Sequence record: OQ174500.1
Source of the DNA: Escherichia phage REP1
DNA: 64,000 bases
Strand: one strand, 5' to 3'
Position numbers and translations under genes: made by a program. The notes under the pieces were generated by a model, which worked only from the letters and a program-made list of their open reading frames with translations, was not told the origin of the DNA and made no database searches. Position 1 is the first letter of the stretch; the number at the start of each line of letters is the position of its first letter. This document shows positions 27,691 through 37,232 of this stretch, piece by piece.

Positions 27691-28323
27691 ATGATTTATT
27701 ATATGCACAAAAATCCACCGTTTAAATACGGTAAATTTCCTGATGCACAATGTTATAATATAACGCCTGATGAAAATAACCGTGGATATCTTATTGGCAC
27801 AATTTTTGTAATTGTTAAAGATAACGAAATCGTTGCCTGGGCAGATTTTAAAGGTACAACATATGATGTTAATCCGGTGCCTTTCACATATTACAATTTA
27901 ATGGATTTGGCATACGATTATAATTGGTTTAATCATGACACTTTGGCTCATATTGAAGGTGTAGGATTTGATATTTCATATTCGGAATACACTTTAAGCC
28001 CTATGAGTCGAGCCCATAAAGAACCTGAATATTTTTCATTTAGGAAACGTTTAAACTTTAAACGCAGCACAGAGTATGTCGGTGGAATCTTTGTTAAAGA
28101 TAATCGAATTATTCGTATTAATTATGCTTTGAGCGTTAGTCAAAAAGATATTGATGTTGATTTAGATTTCACTGAAAATAATATTAATAATATTGCTTCT
28201 GTGTATTTTGGTATCGATCACAAAATTGTAATATGTGGATATGAATTACCGTTTGAAGAACAGCCTAAAGTAAAAGTTTCTATTGACGATCAAATTTTTA
28301 ATGCTTTTATGAATAAAGGTTAA
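27691..28323 (+). CDS. hypothetical protein with internal domain repeat (61.2-like)
   Basis: 210 aa; two VKDNxI-containing repeats; C-terminal SIDDQIFNAFMNKG. Confidence 0.5.
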   Translation: MIYYMHKNPPFKYGKFPDAQCYNITPDENNRGYLIGTIFVIVKDNEIVAWADFKGTTYDVNPVPFTYYNLMDLAYDYNWFNHDTLAHIEGVGFDISYSEYTLSPMSRAHKEPEYFSFRKRLNFKRSTEYVGGIFVKDNRIIRINYALSVSQKDIDVDLDFTENNINNIASVYFGIDHKIVICGYELPFEEQPKVKVSIDDQIFNAFMNKG

Positions 28324-28324
28324 T

Positions 28325-28681
28325 ATGTATAGTTCTGAATTTTCATATTTAAAAATGGAAAAAATTTCATACGATTTTATAGATGAAAAGGTTTATTACA
28401 GTTTCCATGAACCGCGTTTTAATAGTGAGGTTGGGTTTATTGTAGTAAAAGACAATTTCATTTTAAAGATATATTCGGCATTAAAGGATTTTCACTACGA
28501 AAATATTAACCTAAAATTTGATAAAGAAAACGTTCGTAATTGTGCAGTAACAATTACAGGAAATAAAGGTACATGTGTTATGCTATCTGATGAAATTAAT
28601 GATTTGCTAAATGATGCAGAAAATATTACTGCGCCATCTATTGATGACCAAATTTTTAATGCTTTTATGAATAGAGGTTAA
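28325..28681 (+). CDS. hypothetical protein, paralog of preceding ORF
   Basis: 118 aa; VKDNFIL motif and near-identical C-terminal SIDDQIFNAFMNRG. Confidence 0.45.
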   Translation: MYSSEFSYLKMEKISYDFIDEKVYYSFHEPRFNSEVGFIVVKDNFILKIYSALKDFHYENINLKFDKENVRNCAVTITGNKGTCVMLSDEINDLLNDAENITAPSIDDQIFNAFMNRG

Positions 28682-28682
28682 T

Positions 28683-28847
28683 ATGAAAACATATAAAGAA
28701 TTTATTAAAGAAGATATGGTCGCTGGAGATTCAGGTGGTAATCCTGAAAATATCTCTACTGGAACAACGTCAGGTGCTGTAGTAAATAAAGGTCCTGAAC
28801 AGATTCCTAAAAAGAAAAAAGAGGAATCTAAAGAAAAAGAAGAGTAA
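28683..28847 (+). CDS. hypothetical small Lys/Glu-rich protein (61.1-like); end uncertain
   Basis: ATG 1 nt after upstream stop; about 42-54 aa depending on exact reading. Confidence 0.3.
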   Translation: MKTYKEFIKEDMVAGDSGGNPENISTGTTSGAVVNKGPEQIPKKKKEESKEKEE

Positions 28848-28849
28848 AA

Positions 28850-29878
28850 ATGTCATCAATACCTTGGATTGATAATGAGTTTGCATACCGTGCATTAGCT
28901 CATCTACCTAAATTCACACAAGTAAATAATAGTTCAACTTTTAAATTACGGTTTAGATGTCCTGTTTGTGGAGATTCAAAAACCGATCAAAATAAAGCCC
29001 GTGGATGGTATTATGGCGATAATAATGAAGGAAATATTCATTGTTATAACTGTAATTATCATGCACCAATCGGAATATATTTAAAGGAGTTTGAACCTGA
29101 TTTATATCGTGAGTATATCTTTGAAATAAGAAAAGAAAAAGGTAAAAGTCGTCCAGTAGAAAAACCTAAAGAACTTCCTAAGCAACCTGAGAAGAAAATA
29201 ATTAAATCTCTTCCGTCATGTGTTAGATTAGATAAACTGGCGGAAGACCATCCAATTATAAAATATGTAAAAGCTCGTTGTATTCCAAAGGATAAATGGA
29301 AATATCTTTGGTTTACAACCGAATGGCCTAAATTAGTTAATAGCATAGCACCGGGAACATACAAAAAGGAAATTTCTGAGCCTCGTCTTGTTATTCCAAT
29401 TTATAATGCTAATGGAAAAGCTGAGTCTTTTCAAGGACGTGCATTAAAGAAAGATGCTCCACAAAAGTATATCACCATCAAAGCTTATCCTGAGGCAACA
29501 AAAATTTACGGTGTTGAACGAGTTAAAGATGGTGATGTATATGTTCTAGAAGGACCCATCGATTCACTTTTTATTGAAAATGGTATAGCCATTACTGGCG
29601 GTCAATTAGACCTAGAAGTTGTTCCATTTAAAGATAGACGAGTGTGGGTTTTAGATAATGAACCTCGTCACCCTGACACTATCAAACGAATGACTAAATT
29701 AGTTGATGCAGGAGAAAGGGTTATGTTTTGGGATAAATCTCCCTGGAAATCAAAAGATGTTAATGATATGATTAGAAAGGAAGGTGCAACCCCTGAACAA
29801 ATTATGGAATATATGAAAAATAATATTGCCCAGGGGTTGATGGCTAAAATGCGGTTATCTAAATATGCTAAGATTTAA
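28850..29878 (+). CDS. 61: DNA primase gp61
   Basis: 342 aa; N-terminal zinc ribbon CPVCGDS...CYNCNYH; matches T4 gp61. Confidence 0.93.
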   Translation: MSSIPWIDNEFAYRALAHLPKFTQVNNSSTFKLRFRCPVCGDSKTDQNKARGWYYGDNNEGNIHCYNCNYHAPIGIYLKEFEPDLYREYIFEIRKEKGKSRPVEKPKELPKQPEKKIIKSLPSCVRLDKLAEDHPIIKYVKARCIPKDKWKYLWFTTEWPKLVNSIAPGTYKKEISEPRLVIPIYNANGKAESFQGRALKKDAPQKYITIKAYPEATKIYGVERVKDGDVYVLEGPIDSLFIENGIAITGGQLDLEVVPFKDRRVWVLDNEPRHPDTIKRMTKLVDAGERVMFWDKSPWKSKDVNDMIRKEGATPEQIMEYMKNNIAQGLMAKMRLSKYAKI

Positions 29879-30075
29879 ATTAACCCAACTAAAGCAAATG
29901 CTAAATCTACAAATGTATCAAGAGTAACCACTGGAATATTAATACCATGTGCAATTGCAATAGGTGATAGAATAAAGTTCCAGAGTAAAATTCCTACCAT
30001 AGCAGAAATAGTAAAAGCTATACGTTTTTTATTACCTTTTATGGCATTAACAAGTGCCATTAATTTTTGTACCAT
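29875..30075 (-). CDS. hypothetical small membrane protein encoded antisense to the early genes
   Basis: 66 aa, two hydrophobic segments; strong SD (AAGGAGGA) 3 nt upstream of ATG on - strand; AATAAATA late-promoter-like box upstream. Confidence 0.4.
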   Translation of the reverse strand: MVQKLMALVNAIKGNKKRIAFTISAMVGILLWNFILSPIAIAHGINIPVVTLDTFVDLAFALVGLI

Positions 30076-30087
30076 ATATCCTCCTTA

Positions 30088-30118
30088 TTGCTTTATATTT
30101 ATTGTATAATTAATCTAC
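30088..30118 (+). promoter_or_regulatory. middle-promoter-like element upstream of gene 56
   Basis: GCTTTA box, then TATAAT about 12 nt downstream. Confidence 0.4.
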
Positions 30119-30144
30119 TAACCCATGAATTGAAAGGAAAAATA

Positions 30145-30663
30145 ATGGCTTACTTTAATGAATGTGCTCATTTGATCGAAGGTGTTGATAAAGCAAATCG
30201 TGCATATGCTGAGAATATTATGCACAATATTGACCCACTGCAGGTTATGCTTGATATGCAGCGGCATTTACAGATTCGTTTGGCTAATGATAAACCAGAA
30301 ACAAATCGTCATCCTGATTCACTTGAAACTGCAGGAGAAGTTCTTGCTTGGTTGCGAAACCAAGACGATTATATCGCAGATGAAACTCGCGAGCTATATA
30401 CTTCTCTTGGTGGTATGAGTAATGGTGAAAAAGAAGCTTCTGCCGTATGGAAACCTTGGAAGAAACGTTATTCTGAAATGCAATCCAAGAAAATTCAAGA
30501 CTTATCTCCTGAAGATCAGCTTGAAATTAAATTTGAACTGATTGACCAATTTCACTTTTTCATGAATAAATTTATTGCTCTTGGAATGTCAGCTGAAGAA
30601 ATCTTTAAACTTTATTACCTGAAAAATGCTGAAAACTTCGCTCGTCAAGACCGAGGTTATTAA
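30145..30663 (+). CDS. 56: dCTP pyrophosphatase gp56 (MazG-like)
   Basis: 172 aa from ATG after GAAAGGAAA RBS (track ORF begins upstream); MAYFNECAHLIEG... consistent with T4 gp56. Confidence 0.8.
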   Translation: MAYFNECAHLIEGVDKANRAYAENIMHNIDPLQVMLDMQRHLQIRLANDKPETNRHPDSLETAGEVLAWLRNQDDYIADETRELYTSLGGMSNGEKEASAVWKPWKKRYSEMQSKKIQDLSPEDQLEIKFELIDQFHFFMNKFIALGMSAEEIFKLYYLKNAENFARQDRGY

Positions 30664-30857
30664 TGGCTCGTTTAAATAAGCGTCAGCTTAAGAAAGCTCA
30701 TAAGAAACGTATTGACCAACTATTTAAAGATTATGACAAGGAGCTCGTGTGTGAGCTCTTAACTAATCAACTTCGTATGGTTGAAGTTATAGAAGGTCCT
30801 GACGAAATTTTTGTCAGTGAAGAAGCTTTAAAATTAATTATAGAGCATTCAAAATGA
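30663..30857 (+). CDS. hypothetical protein (soc.2-like position)
   Basis: 64-aa ORF. Confidence 0.5.
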   Translation: MARLNKRQLKKAHKKRIDQLFKDYDKELVCELLTNQLRMVEVIEGPDEIFVSEEALKLIIEHSK

Positions 30858-31027
30858 AAATATCCAAAGAAGAATTTATTAGACGTCAAAAAGCTTTAAT
30901 TAATTTACACGAGTGGTATGCTTATCAACTTAAAGTAGATAGCTCTAATATAAATGCTGTAATGGCTTTATATAAACAAATTCAAGATGAACACGAATTC
31001 CTGGCACAAGTTTTCATTGAAGACTGA
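30854..31027 (+). CDS. hypothetical protein (soc.1-like position)
   Basis: 57 aa; ATGA overlap; not in ORF track. Confidence 0.35.
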   Translation: MKISKEEFIRRQKALINLHEWYAYQLKVDSSNINAVMALYKQIQDEHEFLAQVFIED

Positions 31028-31035
31028 TATAAATA
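31028..31035 (+). promoter_or_regulatory. late promoter TATAAATA for soc
   Basis: Exact TATAAATA about 30 nt upstream of soc ATG with AAGGAG RBS between. Confidence 0.7.
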
Positions 31036-31066
31036 CACCTGTAATTAAACAATAAAGGAGTTTATT

Positions 31067-31303
31067 ATGGGTGGTTTCGTTAACATCAAGACCTTTACTC
31101 ATCCAGCAGGTGAAGGCAAAGAAGTTAAAGGTATGGAAGTTTCTGTAGCATTTGATGTATATTCAAATGAACACCGTATTGCAGATTCTCATTATCAAAT
31201 CTTTCCGTCAGAAAAAGCAGCTTATTCTGATGTAGTTTCCGATGCAGCAACTTGGAAAACTAAGAATGCTGCAATGTTTACACCTACAGAAATAGGTGGT
31301 TAA
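31067..31303 (+). CDS. soc: small outer capsid protein Soc
   Basis: 78 aa; VNIKTF...YQIFPSEKAAYS similar to T4 Soc; preceded by late promoter. Confidence 0.85.
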   Translation: MGGFVNIKTFTHPAGEGKEVKGMEVSVAFDVYSNEHRIADSHYQIFPSEKAAYSDVVSDAATWKTKNAAMFTPTEIGG

Positions 31304-31310
31304 TAATTCA

Positions 31311-31335
31311 AGGACTCCTTCGGGAGTCCTTTTTC
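31311..31335 (+). terminator. rho-independent terminator AGGACTCCTTCGGGAGTCCT + TTTTT
   Basis: 8-bp stem, UUCG loop, T run. Confidence 0.7.
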
Positions 31336-31400
31336 ATTTTACTGGTTTACTTTCCAAAATGAGTATGGTATAATAGAATTATCTTATAGAGGAGAGTACT

Positions 31401-31607
31401 ATGTTAAATCGTTGGATTAAACCAAATGAAGATTTAGATATTATCATTTCACGGCATGTAATGAAGAAATATGAACTGCAGCCATGGTCTACAGAAGTTG
31501 TTGTGCACTCATTTATGATGTACGCAGATGGTTCTGTCGAATTTAATGCAGAGATTCGATATGATTATGGCGAAAAGCAAGTCGAATTCAAGAGAGGCTT
31601 TTTGTAA
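31401..31607 (+). CDS. hypothetical protein
   Basis: 68-aa ORF. Confidence 0.45.
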   Translation: MLNRWIKPNEDLDIIISRHVMKKYELQPWSTEVVVHSFMMYADGSVEFNAEIRYDYGEKQVEFKRGFL

Positions 31608-31948
31608 TGTTTATCTTTAATTGGTTTAAAAGTTTCTTTACGGATTTTTTCTCTACAACTCCGGGGGAAGGTGTAGTTCCTATTTCAAATGACTACCTTC
31701 CTTTAACTGTAGTTGAGTATGTTTATATGGGAGATGGAACAGTAGAAGCAGTCACTATGACTTATGAAGAAGCCCAAGAATATTATAAAAATCCTTGGCG
31801 CTGGTCAGTACCTACTACATCATCTAACACACAGAATACACAGTCTAGTTCTGATTCATATGACACTAATGTTCCTGTTCATGTATGGACGGGCGATTCG
31901 TGTGGAAGTTCTTGCGATTCTAGTTGTTCATCTACATCTTGTGATTGA
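31607..31948 (+). CDS. hypothetical protein with Ser/Cys-rich C-terminal tail
   Basis: 113 aa; C-terminus [17 protein letters not shown]. Confidence 0.5.
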   Translation: MFIFNWFKSFFTDFFSTTPGEGVVPISNDYLPLTVVEYVYMGDGTVEAVTMTYEEAQEYYKNPWRWSVPTTSSNTQNTQSSSDSYDTNVPVHVWTGDSCGSSCDSSCSSTSCD

Positions 31949-31956
31949 GGAAAATT

Positions 31957-32442
31957 ATGGAAGCGATTTTGTTTGAAATGTATATTAGCAGTAATAGTAT
32001 GTCGTTTGCTAAAGACGTTCCAATTACCGTAGCAGTAATGATTGATAAGGGTTATTGTGACCCAATGTATCTCGTAGAAAATTTTGTTTCAATGCCAGTT
32101 CCAGAAGATGCTGAAATAAAACTTAAAAAGATCGGAATTATTGAAACTGTACCAAATATTCCGTTTAGAGCAATTGAAGCATTTACTAAATCCGAATACA
32201 TTAATGTTAGCGCAGAACAATATAATGATAAACCTTTATCTTTCTATTCGTATGATTCAGTATATAGCTGGAAAATAGATAAAGGAAATAAATTTATAAT
32301 TGTGAGTGAAGATGCTTTATCATACTTTATTTCTTCTGTATGGAATAGTTTACATCCAAATTTGCTAAAAATTCATGAATTTGATGATGCTCCTACTGTT
32401 GTTTTAGGTAAAACAAATGAAAGTTCTGAAGAAAATGCTTGA
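31957..32442 (+). CDS. hypothetical protein
   Basis: 161 aa from ATG after GAGGAAA RBS. Confidence 0.5.
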   Translation: MEAILFEMYISSNSMSFAKDVPITVAVMIDKGYCDPMYLVENFVSMPVPEDAEIKLKKIGIIETVPNIPFRAIEAFTKSEYINVSAEQYNDKPLSFYSYDSVYSWKIDKGNKFIIVSEDALSYFISSVWNSLHPNLLKIHEFDDAPTVVLGKTNESSEENA

Positions 32443-32620
32443 ATGGTTCAGTAGACCAAACTCAATGTACATTGATGATGGCTGGGTTGAACAAGCAAAT
32501 AAAGAAATGCAGAACGAATCAGAAGAATGGATGAAATCAATGATTAGTGCTGAGAAAGAAAAGAAATTAGAACGCTCAGCGCTTAAATTGATGAGAGACA
32601 TCTATGGTGATAAATCATGA
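32417..32620 (+). CDS. hypothetical protein
   Basis: 67-aa ORF. Confidence 0.4.
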   Translation: MKVLKKMLEWFSRPNSMYIDDGWVEQANKEMQNESEEWMKSMISAEKEKKLERSALKLMRDIYGDKS

Positions 32621-32781
32621 TCAAAGATATGACGTTGGAAGAGGCAAAGGCTAAAGCAAATGAAGCCTTGGATTTGCTTCTTAAAATTGGCAGTAAAATG
32701 ATGGAAGAAAATGAAAAATACATTCAGGAAAATAAAATTCCTGACGGTCCATTAGTAGGCAAAAGGAAATCACATGATTGA
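32617..32781 (+). CDS. hypothetical small protein
   Basis: 54 aa; ATGA overlaps at both ends; not in ORF track. Confidence 0.35.
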   Translation: MIKDMTLEEAKAKANEALDLLLKIGSKMMEENEKYIQENKIPDGPLVGKRKSHD

Positions 32782-33244
32782 AGTAGCAAAATTATATTCA
32801 ATAGAATTTATGTCTAAAGAAGGTAAATCAGTAAATACACTTGATAAAAAATGCTCGTTAATTATTCCTTTAGCAGAAAATCCGGATATTTTAATTAAAG
32901 ATATAAAAGAAAGAAAATATCCAGAAAATGTTATTCTAATTATAAAGCATACTGAAGATATTTTGCAGAATACAGATTCACCATTTTCTTCTTCTGAAGC
33001 TTTAACTATTAAAGGCTATAAAAGAGCTCATGAATATGGTCTTTTTGACATGTTTGAAGACGATAAAGTTAAATTAGCGAGTCAACCTTCTAAAAGTAAA
33101 ACATTCATTATTGAAGATATTAAAGATATAAATGCATTTGTTAGGATGGTCTGGGCTCATTTTGATGTTGGACTACGCTGGAGAATGTCCGAAGAAGAAA
33201 GAAAGATTATTGAAGCTAATCGTCAATTTGGTTTTTATCGCTAG
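32774..33244 (+). CDS. hypothetical protein (mrh-region)
   Basis: 156-aa ORF. Confidence 0.5.
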   Translation: MIEVAKLYSIEFMSKEGKSVNTLDKKCSLIIPLAENPDILIKDIKERKYPENVILIIKHTEDILQNTDSPFSSSEALTIKGYKRAHEYGLFDMFEDDKVKLASQPSKSKTFIIEDIKDINAFVRMVWAHFDVGLRWRMSEEERKIIEANRQFGFYR

Positions 33245-33252
33245 GAATTAGT

Positions 33253-33435
33253 ATGGATTTATTTGAGATGTTAGAAGATAATCATTCTACGAATATCCAG
33301 AATGATTCTAGTGATTATAAGAAAGAATACCGTATAGTATTACAGAATTATGGAATTGAAGCCCCAGATGCTCTTCTAGAAGAACTAGCTTCATACCATC
33401 TTGACCCTCCGCCTTGGGCTCCCTGGGCAAAATAA
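33253..33435 (+). CDS. hypothetical protein
   Basis: 60-aa ORF. Confidence 0.45.
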   Translation: MDLFEMLEDNHSTNIQNDSSDYKKEYRIVLQNYGIEAPDALLEELASYHLDPPPWAPWAK

Positions 33436-33439
33436 TTCA

Positions 33440-33478
33440 AAAAGTTGTTTACTTTCCTTTCTAACGATGATATGATAG
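33440..33478 (+). promoter_or_regulatory. early promoter (GTTTAC, 18 nt, TATGAT)
   Basis: aaaaagttGTTTACtttcctttctaacgatgaTATGAT. Confidence 0.5.
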
Positions 33479-33502
33479 CTTCTGAAGTATACGGAGGCTA
33501 TC

Positions 33503-34126
33503 ATGATTATTAATCTTGCAGATGTTGAACAGTTATCTATAAAAGCTGAAAGCGTTGATTTTCAATATGATATGTATAAAAAGGTCTGTGAAAAATTTAC
33601 TGACTTTGAGCAGTCTGTTCTTTGGCAATGTATGGAAGCTAAAAAGAATGAAGCTCTTCATCGGCAGTTGAATAAAATCGTTAAAAAGCATTTAACTAAA
33701 TCACCTTATCAGTTATATCGCGGTATATCAAAATCGACAAAAGAACTTATTAAAGATTTACAGGTTGGAGAAGTGTTTTCAACGAACAGGGTAGATTCAT
33801 TTACTACTAGTTTGCATACAGCGTGTTCTTTTTCTTATGCTGAATATTTCACTGAAACAATACTTCGTTTAAAAACTGATAAAGCTTTTAATTATTCTGA
33901 CCATATCAGCGATATTATACTTTCTTCTCCTAATACTGAGTTTAAGTATACATATGAAGACACTGATGGATTAGATTCAGAAAGAACTGATAACTTAATG
34001 ATGATTGTACATGAACAAGAATGGATGATTCCAATTGGAAAGTATAAAATAACTTCTATTTCAAAAGAAAAATTACACGATTCATTTGGAACATTTAAAG
34101 TTTATGATATTGAGGTAGTTGAATGA
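33503..34126 (+). CDS. modB: ADP-ribosyltransferase ModB-like
   Basis: 207 aa; R (YRGIS), S-T-S-like (FSTNR, SFTTS) and EQEWMIP (E-x-E) motifs. Confidence 0.7.
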   Translation: MIINLADVEQLSIKAESVDFQYDMYKKVCEKFTDFEQSVLWQCMEAKKNEALHRQLNKIVKKHLTKSPYQLYRGISKSTKELIKDLQVGEVFSTNRVDSFTTSLHTACSFSYAEYFTETILRLKTDKAFNYSDHISDIILSSPNTEFKYTYEDTDGLDSERTDNLMMIVHEQEWMIPIGKYKITSISKEKLHDSFGTFKVYDIEVVE

Positions 34127-34725
34127 AATACTCAGTAATGCAACTAAAAGATTTTAAAATAAAATCAATGGATGCATCGGTGCGTGCTTCTATTCGTGAA
34201 GAATTACTTTCTGAAGGGTTTAATTTATCTGAAATTGAACTTTTAATTCATTGTATTACCAACAAACCAGATGACCATACTTGGTTAAATGAAATAATCA
34301 AATCTCGTTTGGTTCCAAACGATAAACCTCTTTGGAGAGGTGTTCCAGTCGAGACTAAGCAGGTGTTAAATCAAGGAATTGATATTATTACATTTGATAA
34401 AGTCGTATCAGCTTCATATGATAAAAATATAGCTCTACATTTTGCTTCCGGTTTAGAGTATAACACACAGGTTATTTTTGAATTCAAAGCTCCTATGGTA
34501 TTCAATTTCCAGGAGTATGCTATAAAAGCTCTACGCTGTAAAGAATACAATCCAAACTTTAAGTTTCCGGATAGCCATCGTTATCGTAATATGGAATTAG
34601 TTTCAGATGAACAAGAAGTAATGATACCAGCTGGAAGTGTATTTAAAATTGCAGATAGATATGAGTACAAAAAGTATTCAACATACACTATCTATACTCT
34701 TGATTTTGAAGGATTTAATCTATAA
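34123..34725 (+). CDS. modA: ADP-ribosyltransferase ModA-like
   Basis: 200 aa; LWRG, SASYD, EQEVMIP motifs; paralog of preceding gene. Confidence 0.7.
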   Translation: MKYSVMQLKDFKIKSMDASVRASIREELLSEGFNLSEIELLIHCITNKPDDHTWLNEIIKSRLVPNDKPLWRGVPVETKQVLNQGIDIITFDKVVSASYDKNIALHFASGLEYNTQVIFEFKAPMVFNFQEYAIKALRCKEYNPNFKFPDSHRYRNMELVSDEQEVMIPAGSVFKIADRYEYKKYSTYTIYTLDFEGFNL

Positions 34726-34764
34726 TGGAAGGACTTAGATTCATTATACCATGAAATTTTTAAA

Positions 34765-34812
34765 GCATTTTTACATAAAGTTGTTTACAATCTGAAGTAA
34801 AAATGTTATAGT
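34765..34812 (+). promoter_or_regulatory. early promoter (GTTTAC ... TATAGT)
   Basis: ttttacataaagttGTTTACaatctgaagtaaaaatgtTATAGT. Confidence 0.5.
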
Positions 34813-34850
34813 ATAAGTAGTTAACCCGTCCGTGAGAAAAATAGAAAAAT

Positions 34851-35597
34851 ATGAAACTGACTAATAATCAAATTCGTAAAATTAAACGTCGTTTAGAGCA
34901 CACTCAGGCATCTGCAAAAAGACGTTCTAAAGATTTTAACTTAGACTTCAATTACATTAAGAATATTTTAGATCAAAAAGTTTGTGCCTATTCAGGAGAA
35001 CCTTTTGATAATCGTATTGAAGGAGAGAAATTATCATTAGAACGTTTTGATAATAACATTGGATACATTAAAGGGAATGTTATTGCAGTAAAGAAAAAGT
35101 ATAATACATTTCGTTCTGATTACACTTTAGAAGAGTTGATTGAAAAGCGTGATTTATTTGCTTTGCGAATTGGTCGTTCATCTGCGAAAAAAGTTCATAA
35201 ACTAAATTTAGATGAAAAGAAATGGGCTAAAATCAAAAAGACTTATAATCAAATTAAAGCTATACAGAAAAAACGTGAAAACCGAATTGAACACATTTCT
35301 CAGCTTTCTAAATCAAAACAGACCTCTGACATTAAGCTAAGGATTATAGCACTTAAAGCTCGTATTGATGGTTCTCGCATAGCAGAAGGCGCTGAAGTTG
35401 TTAAACTGAACGTTCTTCTTAAAGGCTCGGATTGGAAAATTGTGAAAAAGTTGTCAGAAGCAGAAATGCAATATGATATGTGTGATAAAATTATTCAAGG
35501 TGTAGAGCGGTATCAAAACTTGTCTTTTATTGATAAACTTAAACTGAAAAGAGGATACCCGCTAAATTGTTCAATTTTTAAACTTATCCGAGGATAA
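34851..35597 (+). CDS. hypothetical basic protein (srd-position; function uncertain)
   Basis: 248 aa; Lys/Arg rich; between modA and dda. Confidence 0.4.
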   Translation: MKLTNNQIRKIKRRLEHTQASAKRRSKDFNLDFNYIKNILDQKVCAYSGEPFDNRIEGEKLSLERFDNNIGYIKGNVIAVKKKYNTFRSDYTLEELIEKRDLFALRIGRSSAKKVHKLNLDEKKWAKIKKTYNQIKAIQKKRENRIEHISQLSKSKQTSDIKLRIIALKARIDGSRIAEGAEVVKLNVLLKGSDWKIVKKLSEAEMQYDMCDKIIQGVERYQNLSFIDKLKLKRGYPLNCSIFKLIRG

Positions 35598-35598
35598 T

Positions 35599-35910
35599 AT
35601 GGTTTATGTATATGCGATAGTTTACCGAGACAAAGACGGATTTACTGCGCCAGTTCCACTTGATGAACATCGTCCTGCTGTGTTTTTTGAAAGAGAGATT
35701 GCTGATAGAGTTTTTACTACTCTCAAAGACCAATATCGACTAGCTTTAGGTATGGGAATTCCAAGACTAGTTGAGACTCCACGCAAGTTTTGGTTTAATA
35801 AAATAGAAGTTAAACATGTTAAGCCTGATGTAGATACACAAAGATTATATCAACGAATTCTAGATACTGGGCGTATTGTTAGTATTCCAATTGCAGGGAC
35901 TTTCCGATGA
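35599..35910 (+). CDS. hypothetical protein (dda.1-like)
   Basis: 103-aa ORF. Confidence 0.5.
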   Translation: MVYVYAIVYRDKDGFTAPVPLDEHRPAVFFEREIADRVFTTLKDQYRLALGMGIPRLVETPRKFWFNKIEVKHVKPDVDTQRLYQRILDTGRIVSIPIAGTFR

Positions 35911-37226
35911 CATTTGATGATTTGACAGAAGGCCAGAAAAATGCCTTTAACATCGTTATGAGGGCTATTAAAGAAAAGAAACATCATGTAACTATTAATG
36001 GACCTGCTGGTACTGGTAAGACTACTCTTACTAAGTTCATCATTGAAGCTTTAATATCAACAGGCGAAACTGGTATCATTTTGGCAGCTCCTACACATGC
36101 AGCTAAAAAGATTCTTTCAAAACTGTCGGGGAAAGAAGCGAGTACTATTCACAGTATTCTTAAAATTAACCCAGTTACGTATGAAGAAAACGTTCTTTTT
36201 GAACAGAAGGAAGTACCAGATTTAGCTAAATGCAGGGTATTAATCTGCGACGAAGTGTCAATGTATGATAGAAAGCTATTTAAAATTCTGCTTTCAACTA
36301 TTCCACCTTGGTGTACTATAATTGGAATAGGTGATAATAAGCAAATTAGACCTGTTGATCCAGGAGAAAATACTGCTTATATCAGTCCATTCTTTACACA
36401 CAAAGATTTTTATCAGTGTGAACTTACTGAAGTTAAACGCAGTAATGCTCCTATTATTGATGTAGCTACTGATGTTCGCAACGGTAAGTGGATTTATGAT
36501 AAAGTTGTTGACGGGCATGGAGTACGTGGATTTACTGGTGATACCGCTTTACGCGATTTTATGGTAAATTATTTTTCAATCGTAAAATCATTAGATGATT
36601 TGTTTGAAAATCGCGTAATGGCATTTACGAATAAATCTGTTGACAAGTTAAATAGCATTATTCGTAAAAAGATTTTTGAAACTGATAAAGATTTTATTGT
36701 TGGTGAAATTATTGTAATGCAGGAACCATTAATTAAAACATATAAAATTGATGGAAAGCCTGTGTCAGAAATTATTTTTAATAACGGACAATTAGTTCGT
36801 ATTATAGAAGCAGAGTATACATCAACGTTTGTTAAAGCTCGTGGTGTTACTGGAGAATACTTAATTCGTCATTGGGATTTAACAGTAGAAACTTATGGCG
36901 ATGATGAATATTATCGTGAAAAGATTAAAATAATTTCATCTGATGAAGAGCTATATAAGTTTAACCTGTTTTTAGGTAAAACGGCAGAAACTTATAAAAA
37001 TTGGAACAAAGGCGGAAAAGCTCCGTGGAGTGATTTTTGGGATGCTAAATCACAGTTTAGTAAAGTGAAAGCACTTCCTGCATCAACATTCCATAAAGCT
37101 CAGGGTATGTCTGTAGACCGTGCTTTCATTTATACGCCTTGTATTCATTATGCAGATGCTGAACTAGCTCAACAACTTCTTTATGTTGGTGTAACACGTG
37201 GTCGTTATGATGTATTTTATGTGTGA
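35907..37226 (+). CDS. dda: DNA helicase Dda (SF1)
   Basis: 439 aa; Walker A GPAGTGKTT; matches T4 Dda. Confidence 0.93.
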   Translation: MTFDDLTEGQKNAFNIVMRAIKEKKHHVTINGPAGTGKTTLTKFIIEALISTGETGIILAAPTHAAKKILSKLSGKEASTIHSILKINPVTYEENVLFEQKEVPDLAKCRVLICDEVSMYDRKLFKILLSTIPPWCTIIGIGDNKQIRPVDPGENTAYISPFFTHKDFYQCELTEVKRSNAPIIDVATDVRNGKWIYDKVVDGHGVRGFTGDTALRDFMVNYFSIVKSLDDLFENRVMAFTNKSVDKLNSIIRKKIFETDKDFIVGEIIVMQEPLIKTYKIDGKPVSEIIFNNGQLVRIIEAEYTSTFVKARGVTGEYLIRHWDLTVETYGDDEYYREKIKIISSDEELYKFNLFLGKTAETYKNWNKGGKAPWSDFWDAKSQFSKVKALPASTFHKAQGMSVDRAFIYTPCIHYADAELAQQLLYVGVTRGRYDVFYV

Positions 37227-37232
37227 GGCTAT

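Noticed and set aside
34851-35597. Possible degenerate HNH endonuclease motif (ERFDNNIGYIKGNVIAV) in the 248-aa basic protein
   Set aside because: The motif lacks the conserved histidines; left as a hypothetical protein
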